From assembly GCA_965222605.1 (NCBI GenBank), contig OZ244960.1:5728001-5792000 (forward strand): DNA of 64,000 nucleotides, in the 5' to 3' direction. Position 1 is the first letter of the stretch, and each line of letters begins with the position of its first letter. Positions 1 through 10,677 of the stretch are shown here, in pieces. Position numbers and translations under genes: made by a program. The stretch is from Candidatus Latescibacterota bacterium (GTDB taxonomy: Bacteria; Latescibacterota; UBA2968). The notes below the pieces were generated by a model. It saw only the letters and a list, made by a program, of their open reading frames with translations, made no database searches and was not told the origin of the DNA.

Positions 1-89
1 CATTAAACAAAACATAAATCACTCACTCAGACATAGGATAGACTTTTATAACCCTAAACGCAACAACCTAAATAGTTACTTTAATTTTA

Positions 90-2078
90 TCAAGCCGCGC
101 GGAAATGTACGGCGTGGCCCCTTTCTGGAAACCAGATTACGTCCAGCATCAGGGACAGGGCTACGCCGAGGACATAGCCGACGAGCAAGCCGATGAAAAA
201 GGGCCGCGATTTGTGATAGACAGAAGGACCGCCCACTTTGAGCATCACCAGCTTAATCAGCCAGGCGATAAATAATGTGAAACTGCTGGCGCGAATCAAT
301 GGGGTTCCGGAAAGCGCGAGGCCCACCGGGTGCAGGGGCCACCACACAAACCGATGGCGCATAAAAATGAGACCGATCATCGCGAGACCGCCTATGCCGA
401 AAAAGGCCAGATTTTCGGGATTATCCACGTAAAAGGGCGGATTGTCGGCATTCTTGACCGCGTTGGCGGCATTCTTAAAATAATTGCGAGCACTTCTGGG
501 GATCTCGGCGACATTAAAATTAAACGCGCCCTCGTCATAGCCCAATTTCAAAGTGAGGAAAATGCTCGTTATAAAACTCACCGCAAAAGCCATGTAAAGT
601 GCGGCCATCAACTTGTGGCGGTTATCGGTGATGCCCTCGGACAACTTGCCGACCTGGGCGGTAGCCGGCAAAAATAGGCCCTTGGCATTCCCCGTAATTA
701 AATTGGCGAATCGAAACGCCACGTGCGTAGTGGGTGGGATTCCGACATTGCCGAAAAAGGGCGCCACATAATTCCACGCAATCCCCGGTATCTGAGTGTA
801 GGGCATGCCGGTATCCGACAAAATTTTCGCCATTCCAATATATCCACAGACACATGCCATCAGCAGCAAGGCGCTGATGATGGGATCCATGTTCATCTGC
901 ATCATCCAGATAAACAAAAACGCGAGGCCAGCCACAACGCCGACCACAGCGGCGCGATAGGACAATAGCTCATCGCGGTCATCCACGCTTTCGTCTTTGC
1001 CCAGGGCCTTCATTATTACATCCCGCAAATGCAGTCGCGCCACCCAGAACATCGAAATCACCAGCACGACAAACGCGCCGCGCGTCTGCCATTGGTACAC
1101 GCCGCGATAAGCAACGGGGACCATGGATTTATATCCCAATTTATTGAGCCAGCCCCCTTCGACGATAAAGACCAGATCGAACACCCACAAACTGAGCAAC
1201 ACATCAAGGCTGGCAAAATAGGAGAAGAAGATGGAAAACAAGCCCACGGATGCTCGAATGCGCGGGAATTGTGGATCCATGATATGCCATCTGCCCCCGT
1301 GAATGGGAAAGCGCGGAAAATTTGGCAAAAAATAATTGATACAATTCCAGGCGATCATGCCAAATGCCAGGACAAAGCCAATCCAGAACAGGCGATTGTA
1401 CATAAAGCCCGGCAATGCGCGTTTGCCGCCCCCCGGTTCGGACATCATATTGATCAGGGGAGCCATCGCGGGATATGCCAGGCGTTCGTTTTGCACCCAC
1501 TGTTTTCTAAAAATGATCCCCACACAGGTCAGTACCACAAACGCAGCTGTAAAAGCCATAAACCACCAGAACAGCGGCAGCACCCATATATCCCACGGGA
1601 TGGCCGCACCTTCGGGGCGACCTTCGAAAAACCATGCGATGCCATTGCCTTCATTGGTCGGAATCATAAAATCGGGCAGATGTGGATGCAGCAATTCGGC
1701 CCAGTTGTTGTCTTCGGTCGCGTAGAAATAAGGTGCGGACATATACCCGATCAAAAATCCCGTACTGCCCCAGATCGGCATGGTTGCGCCCACGAGGCCC
1801 ATCGACAAAATGGTGTGCCATTCCCCGGACTGAAGGGAGAATCGCGCAAGCCTGCCCATCACCGCGAGCGCGATTAGCATGGTAATAAATACGATGAGCA
1901 TGGCCATTGGAATGTGCGATAGCACCATGCGCGAGCCGTGATAATAAAACCGCACATAGACCGCAATCACATCCAGTAGTATCACCAGGAGCAGGCCCAA
2001 ACCGATGGCCCGCAGCGTAATACCCCCGCGAGGAGATTGTTCTGTATCGCGCTGGATATCTGATACACGTGTTGCCAT
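90..2078 (-). CDS. Polytopic membrane protein, DUF6785/DUF6784 type (OPT-like putative transporter)
   Basis: 662 aa hydrophobic ORF; family-typical motifs RKQWVQNERLAYP and C-terminal WWPLHPVG...PFFIGLLVG; paralog at 57091. Confidence 0.75.
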   Translation of the reverse strand: MATRVSDIQRDTEQSPRGGITLRAIGLGLLLVILLDVIAVYVRFYYHGSRMVLSHIPMAMLIVFITMLIALAVMGRLARFSLQSGEWHTILSMGLVGATMPIWGSTGFLIGYMSAPYFYATEDNNWAELLHPHLPDFMIPTNEGNGIAWFFEGRPEGAAIPWDIWVLPLFWWFMAFTAAFVVLTCVGIIFRKQWVQNERLAYPAMAPLINMMSEPGGGKRALPGFMYNRLFWIGFVLAFGMIAWNCINYFLPNFPRFPIHGGRWHIMDPQFPRIRASVGLFSIFFSYFASLDVLLSLWVFDLVFIVEGGWLNKLGYKSMVPVAYRGVYQWQTRGAFVVLVISMFWVARLHLRDVIMKALGKDESVDDRDELLSYRAAVVGVVAGLAFLFIWMMQMNMDPIISALLLMACVCGYIGMAKILSDTGMPYTQIPGIAWNYVAPFFGNVGIPPTTHVAFRFANLITGNAKGLFLPATAQVGKLSEGITDNRHKLMAALYMAFAVSFITSIFLTLKLGYDEGAFNFNVAEIPRSARNYFKNAANAVKNADNPPFYVDNPENLAFFGIGGLAMIGLIFMRHRFVWWPLHPVGLALSGTPLIRASSFTLFIAWLIKLVMLKVGGPSVYHKSRPFFIGLLVGYVLGVALSLMLDVIWFPERGHAVHFRAA

Positions 2079-2107
2079 CTACGGCATTCCTTTTAAATAA
2101 GACAGGC

Positions 2108-2842
2108 TTAAAGTGCGCGTCCGCGCAAAACCTCGCGGCATTGTTCCTCGCTATTGCCCGTCACATTATAGGCAAAGGTATTCATGCGGCGATCTCGGTG
2201 CGATGTATTTGGTCCCGATCCGTGAATGGTTAGCGCGCTAAAAAACACGCCATCGCCCGGTTCCATTGCTACGGGCACCGCGTCTTCTCGCTCGCGATAG
2301 TGCCCCGGCAAAAATACGCCAAAACTCGTTTGTGCGCGTTCGTGTTCTTGCAGGCCCCATTTGTGGCTGCCGGGGATGAATTGAATACAGCCATTTTCAT
2401 CGTCTGTCCCGTCAATAGCGAGTTGGCAGTTGACCATCAAAGGCCGATTGTCTTCGCGTTTCCAATACGCGTAATCCTGATGCCAGGGTATCGCCGTGCC
2501 ATCGCGCGCGGCTTTCATCAATAGCTTGCTGTGATACAGTGAGATATTCGGCCCAATCAGAGCCTCAATAATATCCAACATATCGTCGCAGCGCAATGCG
2601 CGATTTAATCCCTCGCTGATCACTTCGCTGTGCATCAACTGTCGGATGCGCTGGGGCAGGCGATCATCCTCAAATTCTTCCCATGAGATCCCGATTTCGT
2701 CGGGCGCGTTTTCTGCCATTCGCTCGTGCAAGCCCGCGATTTCGCGTTCGATATGCGAAATTTCATCGGATGAAATCAATCCTTTTTTCAACACATATCC
2801 ATTTTGGTCGTAGAATTTTTGTTCTGCATCCGTTAGTCCCAT
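2108..2842 (-). CDS. Phytanoyl-CoA dioxygenase (PhyH) family Fe(II)/2OG oxygenase
   Basis: FYDQNGY start, WHQD iron motif, IPGSHKW, distal IHGSGPN; ATG at 2842 with an AAGGAG RBS. Confidence 0.9.
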   Translation of the reverse strand: MGLTDAEQKFYDQNGYVLKKGLISSDEISHIEREIAGLHERMAENAPDEIGISWEEFEDDRLPQRIRQLMHSEVISEGLNRALRCDDMLDIIEALIGPNISLYHSKLLMKAARDGTAIPWHQDYAYWKREDNRPLMVNCQLAIDGTDDENGCIQFIPGSHKWGLQEHERAQTSFGVFLPGHYREREDAVPVAMEPGDGVFFSALTIHGSGPNTSHRDRRMNTFAYNVTGNSEEQCREVLRGRAL

Positions 2843-3096
2843 TGGACACTCCTTTTTGGTGACGTTTATCCATCTCAACCGGCATCTAATTTACAAATTA
2901 TGACGCGCTCTTGCAAAATCAATTATATTAATGTACAAATTAGAAATAAGGAACAGAAAGAGAGTGGTTGACGTATAAATGGGGTTGAGCGCGTTTTTCG
3001 CCCCACGCTTGATCTGGATATTATAATAAGCATATATTGCAGAGTAAACCCGACCTTTTGCCACCGCCCAATTGGGCATTAAAACAAGGAAAGCCG

Positions 3097-5253
3097 ATGA
3101 AAATACGTATTCTTTTTACTTTGTTGTCCTGTATCGCTCTTCTGGGAAGTATTTCCGAGGCGTCTGATTGGACGCACTGGCGCGGTCCTATGCAAAACGG
3201 CGCGTCGCCGGAGACAGGACTCATTTCTTCATGGTCTATAGCTGGCGAAAATCTGATCTGGCAGCGTGCATTTATCGGTAGATCTACACCGGTTATTGTA
3301 AATGGTCGGGTCTATGTTATCGGACGAACCGGCAAAGACATAACCGAGCAGGAGCACATCGCGTGTTTTGATGCCGAAACGGGCGATCTCGTGTGGGAAA
3401 AAAAGTTCAATGTCTGGCACTCGACCATTCCCTTCAACCGTCTCGGCTGGGCAAGCATGGGGGCCGATGGTGAAACCGGCAATATTTACGCCCATCTCGT
3501 CAATGGGTTATTGATCTGTTTTGATACCGATGGCTATGTCCAATGGCAGCGGTCTCTAACCGAAGAATTTAATCGATTCTCCGGTTATGGTGGGCGATTG
3601 CACACGCCCGTTGTCGATGGCGACCTGGTCATCATCAGCATGGGCAACCGAGGGTGGGCGGGCAAACCGCCTTCTCATCGGTATGTTGCCTTCAACAAAC
3701 ACACGGGTGAAACCGCGTGGATGGCTCGTCCAGGCGGCGGTGGACAGGTTGATTTAACCGTTTACTCTACGCCTGTTGTCACGACAATTGACGGGCAGCG
3801 CGCGTTGGTTGCCGGCAATGGCAATGGCGGTATTTTTGCCTTCAAAGTCGCAACGGGTGAAAAAGTGTGGGGATTTCCTCTCAGTAGGCGCGGTATCAAT
3901 ACTTCGCCCGCTGTGGCTGACAATCGCGTTTATGTCACGCACAGCGAAGAAAATGTCGATAATACCTCCCTTGGTCGCGTCACCTGTTTGGATGCGCGCA
4001 CGGGCAAAGAAATCTGGCGACAAGACGGTATGACTGTGGGCTATGCTTCGCCAGCGGTTCACGAGGGACGCGTCTATGTTATCGACAATTCGGCCAATGT
4101 GCATTGTTTGGACGCCAAGACGGGAAAGCAATATTGGGAGCAAAGTATCGGTACTGTGGGCAAGGGATCGCCGACATGGGCCGATGGCAAACTCTATGTT
4201 ACTGAAGTCAATGGCGGCTTCCAAATTCTCAAAACGAGCGATATGGGCGCGGAAGTGCTCGACAAAAAGAAAATCGCAATGCCTGAGGGCGGGCATGCCG
4301 AGATCTACGGGTCAGTCGCCGTTGCGTATCATCGCATCTATTTTGCGACCGAAGCAGGGTTGTTTTGTCTGGGCGATAAAAACGCGCGATTTGAAGTCAT
4401 GCCTTCTCCTCATGCAAAGCACGAAAGCGCGCCTTCGGGTGCCAAACCCGCATCTATTCTTTCTATTCCGGCTGAGACGACCATACAACAGGGCGAGGTA
4501 CTGCCCCTGCGGGCAGAGGCTTATGACGAAAAGGGTCGTTTGATCGGCAATGCCACTGCCGAGTGGTCGTTGAATGGCCTGGATGGAGAAATAAAGAACA
4601 ATCAGTTTGTACCATCCCGAGCGGGACAGGGCGGCTGGATCACGGCCAGGGTAGGTGAATTAACCCGACAAACCTGGGTGCGCGTGGTGCCCCCTTTGCC
4701 CTGGACAGAGGATTTTGAAAATGTCGAAGTCGGCAAAAACCCATTACACTGGGTGTGGGGGGGCAGGGGTTTCGCGGTGGAGGAAAAAGATGGCAACAAG
4801 GTACTGGCAAAACCCCCTGCTGCGCGCGGCTTAGATCGCTCAAATCTCTATGTGGCGCCGTACAAACTCAGTGGATATACGATTCAGGCCGATCTTATGG
4901 GTACGCAAAACAAGCGTCGTCGTCCCGATATGGGTCTCATTGCCCACCGCTATATCCTCGATCTTCAGGGCATTCACCAACGCCTCGAAGTTCGGTCGTG
5001 GTCGTCGGATTTGCGCATGGCAAAACGCATCGATTTTCACTGGGACATGGACGTGTGGTACACCATGAAAATGAGAGTTGATGTCGAAGGCGGTAAAGCC
5101 ATCGTTCGGGGCAAAGTTTGGAAAAAAGGCGATCCCGAACCCGATGCCTGGAGTATCGAAGTAGAAGATCCTCTGCCGATAGAAGAGGGCAGCCCCGCGC
5201 TTTATGGCTATTCACCCGCCACGATTTACTACGATAATGTGAAAATGTGGTAA
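3097..5253 (+). CDS. Secreted PQQ-like beta-propeller protein with C-terminal Ig-like and beta-sandwich domains
   Basis: Signal peptide then DWTHWRGP; repeated DAxTG..W blades; C-terminal PLPWTEDFE...YYDNVK domain; ATG 3097 after AAGGA. Confidence 0.85.
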   Translation: MKIRILFTLLSCIALLGSISEASDWTHWRGPMQNGASPETGLISSWSIAGENLIWQRAFIGRSTPVIVNGRVYVIGRTGKDITEQEHIACFDAETGDLVWEKKFNVWHSTIPFNRLGWASMGADGETGNIYAHLVNGLLICFDTDGYVQWQRSLTEEFNRFSGYGGRLHTPVVDGDLVIISMGNRGWAGKPPSHRYVAFNKHTGETAWMARPGGGGQVDLTVYSTPVVTTIDGQRALVAGNGNGGIFAFKVATGEKVWGFPLSRRGINTSPAVADNRVYVTHSEENVDNTSLGRVTCLDARTGKEIWRQDGMTVGYASPAVHEGRVYVIDNSANVHCLDAKTGKQYWEQSIGTVGKGSPTWADGKLYVTEVNGGFQILKTSDMGAEVLDKKKIAMPEGGHAEIYGSVAVAYHRIYFATEAGLFCLGDKNARFEVMPSPHAKHESAPSGAKPASILSIPAETTIQQGEVLPLRAEAYDEKGRLIGNATAEWSLNGLDGEIKNNQFVPSRAGQGGWITARVGELTRQTWVRVVPPLPWTEDFENVEVGKNPLHWVWGGRGFAVEEKDGNKVLAKPPAARGLDRSNLYVAPYKLSGYTIQADLMGTQNKRRRPDMGLIAHRYILDLQGIHQRLEVRSWSSDLRMAKRIDFHWDMDVWYTMKMRVDVEGGKAIVRGKVWKKGDPEPDAWSIEVEDPLPIEEGSPALYGYSPATIYYDNVKMW

Positions 5254-5285
5254 TTGTCATAACCCCTTACAGATAAAGGAATAAA

Positions 5286-6713
5286 ATGAAATTGAAACGA
5301 CTTTTGAGCGGATGTGCTATCGCTGGTCTGATTGCATCGGCTGGGATAGCCGAAGAGACCATGTGGGGATTTACTCCAGATCGCAACCTCGTATCAGACG
5401 CAAAAAATTTGCCGATGAGTTGGAATGTAGAAACGGGTGAAAACATCGCCTGGAAAGCAGATCTCGGCGCGCAGTCTTATGCCGGCCCCATCAGGATCGG
5501 TGGTAAAATATTTATGGGGACAAATAATCAGATCGCGCGCAATCCAAAAATCACGGGTGACAAGGGCGTGATCATGGCTTTTCAGGAATCCGATGGGAAA
5601 TTTCTGTGGCAAGCAGCGCATCCCAAGCTGCCCGCGGGGCGTGTCAATGACTGGCCGCAGCAAGGCATTTGTTCCACGCCTTATATTCGCGGGGATCGGA
5701 TGTATTATATCTCCAATCAATGTCACGTGGTGTGCGCGGATACAGAGGGTTTTTTGGATGGGGAAAATGATGGTCCATACACCGGGGAAGAGGATACGAG
5801 CGATATCGGCGTGGATATTATCTGGGAATACGATATGATGGAAGAGTTGGATGTGTTTCCACACAATCTGGCGACCTGTTCGCCCGTGGGAGCGGGGAAT
5901 CTCCTTTTTGTGATTACCGCCAATGGCGTCGATGAAGGCCATGTCGCTATTCCGTCGCCTCTGGCGCCCAGCTTTATTGCAATCGATCTCAATACGGGCG
6001 AACTGGTGTGGGAAAAAGACTATCCCGGCGAAAATATCTTGCACGGGCAGTGGTCCAATCCCGCTTATGGCGTCATCAATGGCAAGCCACAAGTGCTCTG
6101 TCCTGCAGGCGATGGCTGGATTTATGCGCTGGAACCTGCAACGGGCGATTTGATTTGGAAATTTGACTGCAATCCAAAAGACGCGGTGTGGGAGTTGGGC
6201 GGGCGCGGCACGCGCAATGCGATTATTTCCACCCCCGTTATTTACGATAACAAGGTTTTTATCGGCGTCGGGCAAGACCCGGAACACGGCGAGGGCATCG
6301 GACACCTGTGGGCTATTGATGCGACGGGTAGAGGCGATGTGACGGGTAGCCATGCAGTGTGGCACTTTGGCAATGAAGATTTCAACCGAACTATTTCAAC
6401 GGTGGGCATCAGCGATGGCCTGCTCTATGCGGCAGACCTCAGCGGTTTTGTCTATTGTCTCGATCTAAAAACCGGCACACAGCACTGGAAATACGACACA
6501 TTTGCCGCGGTATGGGGGTCACCTTTTGTCGCAGATGGGAAGGTGTATATTGGAGATGAAGATGGCGATGTGGCGATTTTGAAAGCCGGAACACAATTTG
6601 AACTGATCAACGAAATCAATATGGGTAGTGCCGTATATACCACGCCTATTGCAAAAGATGGCATGCTTTACATTGGCACGCGCAATACGTTGTATGCGAT
6701 TAAGGGCGAGTAG
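5286..6713 (+). CDS. Secreted PQQ-like beta-propeller protein
   Basis: Signal peptide, repeated xTGxLxW and SP..DG.vY blades; AAGGA RBS. Confidence 0.85.
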   Translation: MKLKRLLSGCAIAGLIASAGIAEETMWGFTPDRNLVSDAKNLPMSWNVETGENIAWKADLGAQSYAGPIRIGGKIFMGTNNQIARNPKITGDKGVIMAFQESDGKFLWQAAHPKLPAGRVNDWPQQGICSTPYIRGDRMYYISNQCHVVCADTEGFLDGENDGPYTGEEDTSDIGVDIIWEYDMMEELDVFPHNLATCSPVGAGNLLFVITANGVDEGHVAIPSPLAPSFIAIDLNTGELVWEKDYPGENILHGQWSNPAYGVINGKPQVLCPAGDGWIYALEPATGDLIWKFDCNPKDAVWELGGRGTRNAIISTPVIYDNKVFIGVGQDPEHGEGIGHLWAIDATGRGDVTGSHAVWHFGNEDFNRTISTVGISDGLLYAADLSGFVYCLDLKTGTQHWKYDTFAAVWGSPFVADGKVYIGDEDGDVAILKAGTQFELINEINMGSAVYTTPIAKDGMLYIGTRNTLYAIKGE

Positions 6714-6726
6714 AAGGGGTCATAAT

Positions 6727-7815
6727 ATGGAAGTGTTGGCAACACCTTTTACCGATAAGGTCAAAGAAGCGCGCGATATCCTTGATGTCCATGTGCGCGA
6801 TATGGTCGCGTGGCATTTTGATCCCAATACGGGATGTCCGTTCTGGCTGGAATTTGCAGGGGAACTGGATTTTGATCCTCGCCGTGAAATCGGCGGGTAC
6901 AGCGATCTGAAATACCTCGGGCATTTCCAGGATGAATGGCTACGCGGGGGACCCGTGCGGCGATGGATCCCCAGGGGGAGTGAAGAAAAGCGGACTTATG
7001 TATTTGAGACGGGTGGCTCAACCGGTGTTCCCAAATATCGGATCAGCCAAAATGATTTTCAGATCGACTACGAAATTTTTAGCGAGCACCTCTCAGAAGA
7101 AACATTTCCGAGAGGTGCGGACTGGTTGATGCTGGGGCCAACAGGTCCCCGACGATTGCGCCTGGCTGTTGAATATCTTTGTCAGATTCGCGGTGGAATT
7201 TGTTTTCTCGTGGATCTCGATCCCCGATGGGTCAACAAGCTGATCAAGCGCGGCGCACTTCAGGAATTGGAGCTTTACAAAGCCCATGTTATCGATCAGG
7301 CACTCACTATTTTGCGCGCTAACGACAATGTGAAATGCATGTTCACAACTCCTGCGCTCCTGGAAGAATTGTGCGAAAAAATTTCTCTGCAAAAAGCCGG
7401 GATCAGCGGCATTTTTTGCGGCGGTACAGAGATGAATGCACAATTTAATCGGTTTGCGAGAGAGGAGCTTATCCCGGGCATCGATTTTGTTCCTACCTAC
7501 GGCAATACCCTGATGGGGCTGGCTTATTCCAAGCCGCTGGAACCTGAAGACAATTACGCGATTACTTACTATCCACCCGTGCCCCGCGCGTTTATCGAAT
7601 TGGTGAATCCAAATAATTCCGATGAAGTGGTCGATTACGACGAAGTTGGGCGCGTGATGCTCACGACGCTCACAAAAGAATTTTTTATGCCCCGATTTCT
7701 CGAACGCGACGAGGCCGAACGCGCCAAACCGATTGACGCTTATCCCTGGGATGGCGTGAGAAACCTGGGTCTGTTCTCCGAGTTGCAGGAATCTGTCGTT
7801 GTCGGGGTGTATTAA
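6727..7815 (+). CDS. EhpF/GriC-like short adenylate-forming enzyme
   Basis: MVAWHFDPNTGCPFW, A3-like ETGGSTGVPK, YGNTLMG and ERD motifs recalled from phenazine EhpF / grixazone GriC; no C-terminal ANL lid domain. Confidence 0.7.
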   Translation: MEVLATPFTDKVKEARDILDVHVRDMVAWHFDPNTGCPFWLEFAGELDFDPRREIGGYSDLKYLGHFQDEWLRGGPVRRWIPRGSEEKRTYVFETGGSTGVPKYRISQNDFQIDYEIFSEHLSEETFPRGADWLMLGPTGPRRLRLAVEYLCQIRGGICFLVDLDPRWVNKLIKRGALQELELYKAHVIDQALTILRANDNVKCMFTTPALLEELCEKISLQKAGISGIFCGGTEMNAQFNRFAREELIPGIDFVPTYGNTLMGLAYSKPLEPEDNYAITYYPPVPRAFIELVNPNNSDEVVDYDEVGRVMLTTLTKEFFMPRFLERDEAERAKPIDAYPWDGVRNLGLFSELQESVVVGVY

Positions 7816-7837
7816 ATCGGGCGGATCGTTTATCCTA

Positions 7838-8977
7838 TCAGGGTAACCCCAACTCACGACAGAAGGTAGAAAACGGTAGAACGCGCGTGTTGTCTGCCGC
7901 GTTGCCGAAATCTTTTGTGCCCAGATGTACCTGGTAGAATCGCGAAATATCTGTTCGCTCCCTGAAGTACCTGCATGCGGGAGATGTCCCGCGCTCGCCA
8001 GTTTTGCACTCGACGGCAAATTCCGCATATCCATCGCGGAGAACGACAAAATCTACCTCGCGCTTGTCGGTATCGCGGATGAAGCGCAATTCCATGTCAT
8101 ATCCTTCAGTGTCTTCGACATAGTGGCAGTACTTCAGCAAGTGTCCGGCTACCATGTTCTCAAATCGGGCACCGCGGTCTGTTACGCGCGACCAGTCCCA
8201 GAAATATAGTTTTTTTTCTTTGCGTACGGCTCTGATCCTCTTTGCTCCAAACGGCGGAATGCGATAGCACAGGTACAGCCGTTCAAAGATCGCAAGCCAG
8301 CGTTCAACGGTTTCGTAAGCCACTTGCAAGAGTTTGCTGAGGCTATTGACCGAAAGCGGGGATCCCACGCAGGCGGGCAGGTGAGACAATAGCAGGTCCA
8401 GCATGGATACCTCTCGCACATTTTCCAGGTCACGGAGGTCTTCATAGATGACTCTTGTGGAATGCTCGCGTAGCCACCGGCGGTGAAATCGCGCCTCTCC
8501 CCTGAGAAAAGGCTCGGGGAAACCGCCAAATCTGAGTAATTGCGCCACGAGTGCGTTGTCTGGCTTCTGCCCGCATTCCATCAGGGTGAAGGGATGAAGA
8601 CGGTAATAGTGATACCGCCCCTGCAATGAGTCGCCGCCTTTGCGATAGTAGTCCAGCCGTGCCGAACCGGTGACAATAAAAGAAACGGATGTCTTGTTTT
8701 TGTCGAATAATCCCTTCATTAGATTTCGCCACAGCGCGTATTTGTGAATTTCATCGAAAATGATGCAAGTTTGTCCAGAAGGGAGTCTTCCCGCCAGAAT
8801 ATCCTCGCGATCGGCCAGTACATCCCAGTTCAGGTAGGCAGGTGACGACTCATTCTGGCCTTGCCCCAGTAGAGAGATTGCAAGTGTTGTTTTTCCAACC
8901 TGGCGCGGACCGCCGATGAATATCATCCTGTCTGCGATATCTGTTTTAATATGATCCATGATGTGGCGAGGTTCCAT
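7838..8977 (-). CDS. AAA_14 ATPase with C-terminal DUF4143 (PD-(D/E)XK-like) domain
   Basis: Walker A GPRQVGKT, Walker B IFDEIH, VTGSA, GGFPEP, EVDFV...AVECK. Confidence 0.9.
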   Translation of the reverse strand: MEPRHIMDHIKTDIADRMIFIGGPRQVGKTTLAISLLGQGQNESSPAYLNWDVLADREDILAGRLPSGQTCIIFDEIHKYALWRNLMKGLFDKNKTSVSFIVTGSARLDYYRKGGDSLQGRYHYYRLHPFTLMECGQKPDNALVAQLLRFGGFPEPFLRGEARFHRRWLREHSTRVIYEDLRDLENVREVSMLDLLLSHLPACVGSPLSVNSLSKLLQVAYETVERWLAIFERLYLCYRIPPFGAKRIRAVRKEKKLYFWDWSRVTDRGARFENMVAGHLLKYCHYVEDTEGYDMELRFIRDTDKREVDFVVLRDGYAEFAVECKTGERGTSPACRYFRERTDISRFYQVHLGTKDFGNAADNTRVLPFSTFCRELGLP

Positions 8978-8999
8978 ACTTATCACCTTTCTCGCATGT

Positions 9000-9067
9000 C
9001 GTGAGTATTTTAGACTAAACCTTAATATACTCGTGAGCATTTTAGAGTCAATATGAAAATACTCACG
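9000..9067 (-). promoter_or_regulatory. Promoter/operator of the AAA-DUF4143 gene
   Basis: 12-bp perfect inverted repeat CGTGAGTATTTT (9000-9011) / AAAATACTCACG (9056-9067) in two imperfect 32-bp tandem units; TTGACT-16-TATATT on the minus strand. Confidence 0.5.
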
Positions 9068-9249
9068 TTGGGCTGGTGTTTCTATCGTGTTATTGCGCTT
9101 GCTTTTAATGAGGCGAAGTGCTACTTTTTTATGCTAAACGCGATTTAAAACCACATTTGTGGATGATTTAATAGTTATTAAATTTTTTCCCAAAATGTTG
9201 CGAGTAGGTGATAATTGGTTGGTGCCAGTCTTTCAAAGAGGCAAAATAA

Positions 9250-10674
9250 ATGATTCACTTACCCATTTTACGTGCGGGAAAACCCTACACCAGCTTGAGC
9301 GTTCAGGAAGTCTCGCATATTCAAACTGGCGAGCCACTCGTTCAGGTCAGTCAGGCAAACCGGGGGCTGGTCGCGAAAGACTTGAATGCAGCCGCGGCGA
9401 ACAAACACGCGCTCGATAGGCTGAGTGTATCCGAACTTGCAGGTATGACCCGCGAAGCTGCGCGCTTATTTGCAGAAGCCGATTTGCCACTTGGCGATCA
9501 TATCCAGACGCCTGATGACTATGTCAAACAGGTGTCTGGCACAACGGGCATGCCCGAAGCTCTCTGCCGCGCGAATATGGAAAAAATTCGGCTCGTATGC
9601 ACGGAAATCGAAGCTATATTAGGGGGCCTCACGCGCGGGTTAGACCTCGCTGTGCTCGATGAGGGGTGGTACGATCAGGATGGTCGCTCTCTCAGCTATA
9701 TTTGTCAGGCCGATGCGCTCGGGGCCATTTTGCCGAGCAATTCGCCGGGGGTACACGCGCTGTGGGTTCCGTCCATACCGCTCAAAGTGCCTCTCGTTCT
9801 AAAACCCGGACGCGAAGAGCCATGGACGCCTTTCCGCATTGCACAGGCGTTCATCGAAGCGGGGTGTCCACCAGAAGCGTTTGGGTTCTATCCGACGGAT
9901 CACGGTGGCGCCACTGAAATTTTGCTTCGCTGCGGTCGTTCCATGCTCTTTGGGGGCGGGGCGACGGTTGCGCCCTGGCTGAGCGATCCCCGCGTGGAAA
10001 TTCACGGGCCGGGGCAGAGTAAGGTCATTATTGGCGAAGATATGATAGATCGCTGGGAAGACTGTCTCGACATCGCGGTTGCCTCGATTACTGCAAATGG
10101 TGGTCGTTCCTGCATCAATGCGTCGGGTGTGTGGGTTCCCGCGCATGGCAGAAAAATTGCCGAAGCACTCGCCGAGCGATTGGCAAAAATTGTCGGGAGA
10201 CCTCTATATGATCCAGAAGCGCAGATCGCCGCATTTACCAATCCCGCATTCGCCGATCAAATTTCGACAACGATAGACATTCATCTCATAACGTCAGGAG
10301 CCGAAGATCTGACCGAAAAAATTCGCGGTGATCGGCTGGTCGAGATCGATGGATTAAAATTTTTAAATCCCACTGTTGTCTGGTGTGATGATTTTGAACA
10401 TCCTCTCGCAAATACCGAATATCTGTTTCCATACGCGAGCGTGGTCGAAGTTCCTCAGTCGGAAATTCTGGACAGGATTGGACCGAGTCTCGTGGTGACA
10501 GCAATAACAGAAGACAGTACATTTATCGACAAATTGCTCAATTCGCCCCAGGTAGAACGCCTCAATGTGGGCGCAATTCCCACGCATCAGATCTCGTGGG
10601 ATCAACCACACGAGGGCAATTTGTTCGAACACTTGTATCGGCAGCGCGCGCTGCAATGGGCGAAACAGGCTTAG
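9250..10674 (+). CDS. Aldehyde dehydrogenase-fold acyl reductase (GriD/EhpG/LuxC-like)
   Basis: ILPSNSPGVH, LKPG, FGGG, HGPGQSK in place of ELGG, catalytic Cys in GRSCINAS, EYLFP. Confidence 0.8.
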   Translation: MIHLPILRAGKPYTSLSVQEVSHIQTGEPLVQVSQANRGLVAKDLNAAAANKHALDRLSVSELAGMTREAARLFAEADLPLGDHIQTPDDYVKQVSGTTGMPEALCRANMEKIRLVCTEIEAILGGLTRGLDLAVLDEGWYDQDGRSLSYICQADALGAILPSNSPGVHALWVPSIPLKVPLVLKPGREEPWTPFRIAQAFIEAGCPPEAFGFYPTDHGGATEILLRCGRSMLFGGGATVAPWLSDPRVEIHGPGQSKVIIGEDMIDRWEDCLDIAVASITANGGRSCINASGVWVPAHGRKIAEALAERLAKIVGRPLYDPEAQIAAFTNPAFADQISTTIDIHLITSGAEDLTEKIRGDRLVEIDGLKFLNPTVVWCDDFEHPLANTEYLFPYASVVEVPQSEILDRIGPSLVVTAITEDSTFIDKLLNSPQVERLNVGAIPTHQISWDQPHEGNLFEHLYRQRALQWAKQA

Positions 10675-10677
10675 AAG

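Noticed and set aside
2981-3027. TPP riboswitch-like words (GGGG..CCCC, TGATCTGGATA)
   Set aside because: Lacks the CTGAGA and GCCAGCGTAGGGA elements; more likely a divergent promoter region
5394-8049. Long minus-strand ORFs 5394..6365 and 7093..8049
   Set aside because: Shadows of well-supported plus-strand genes
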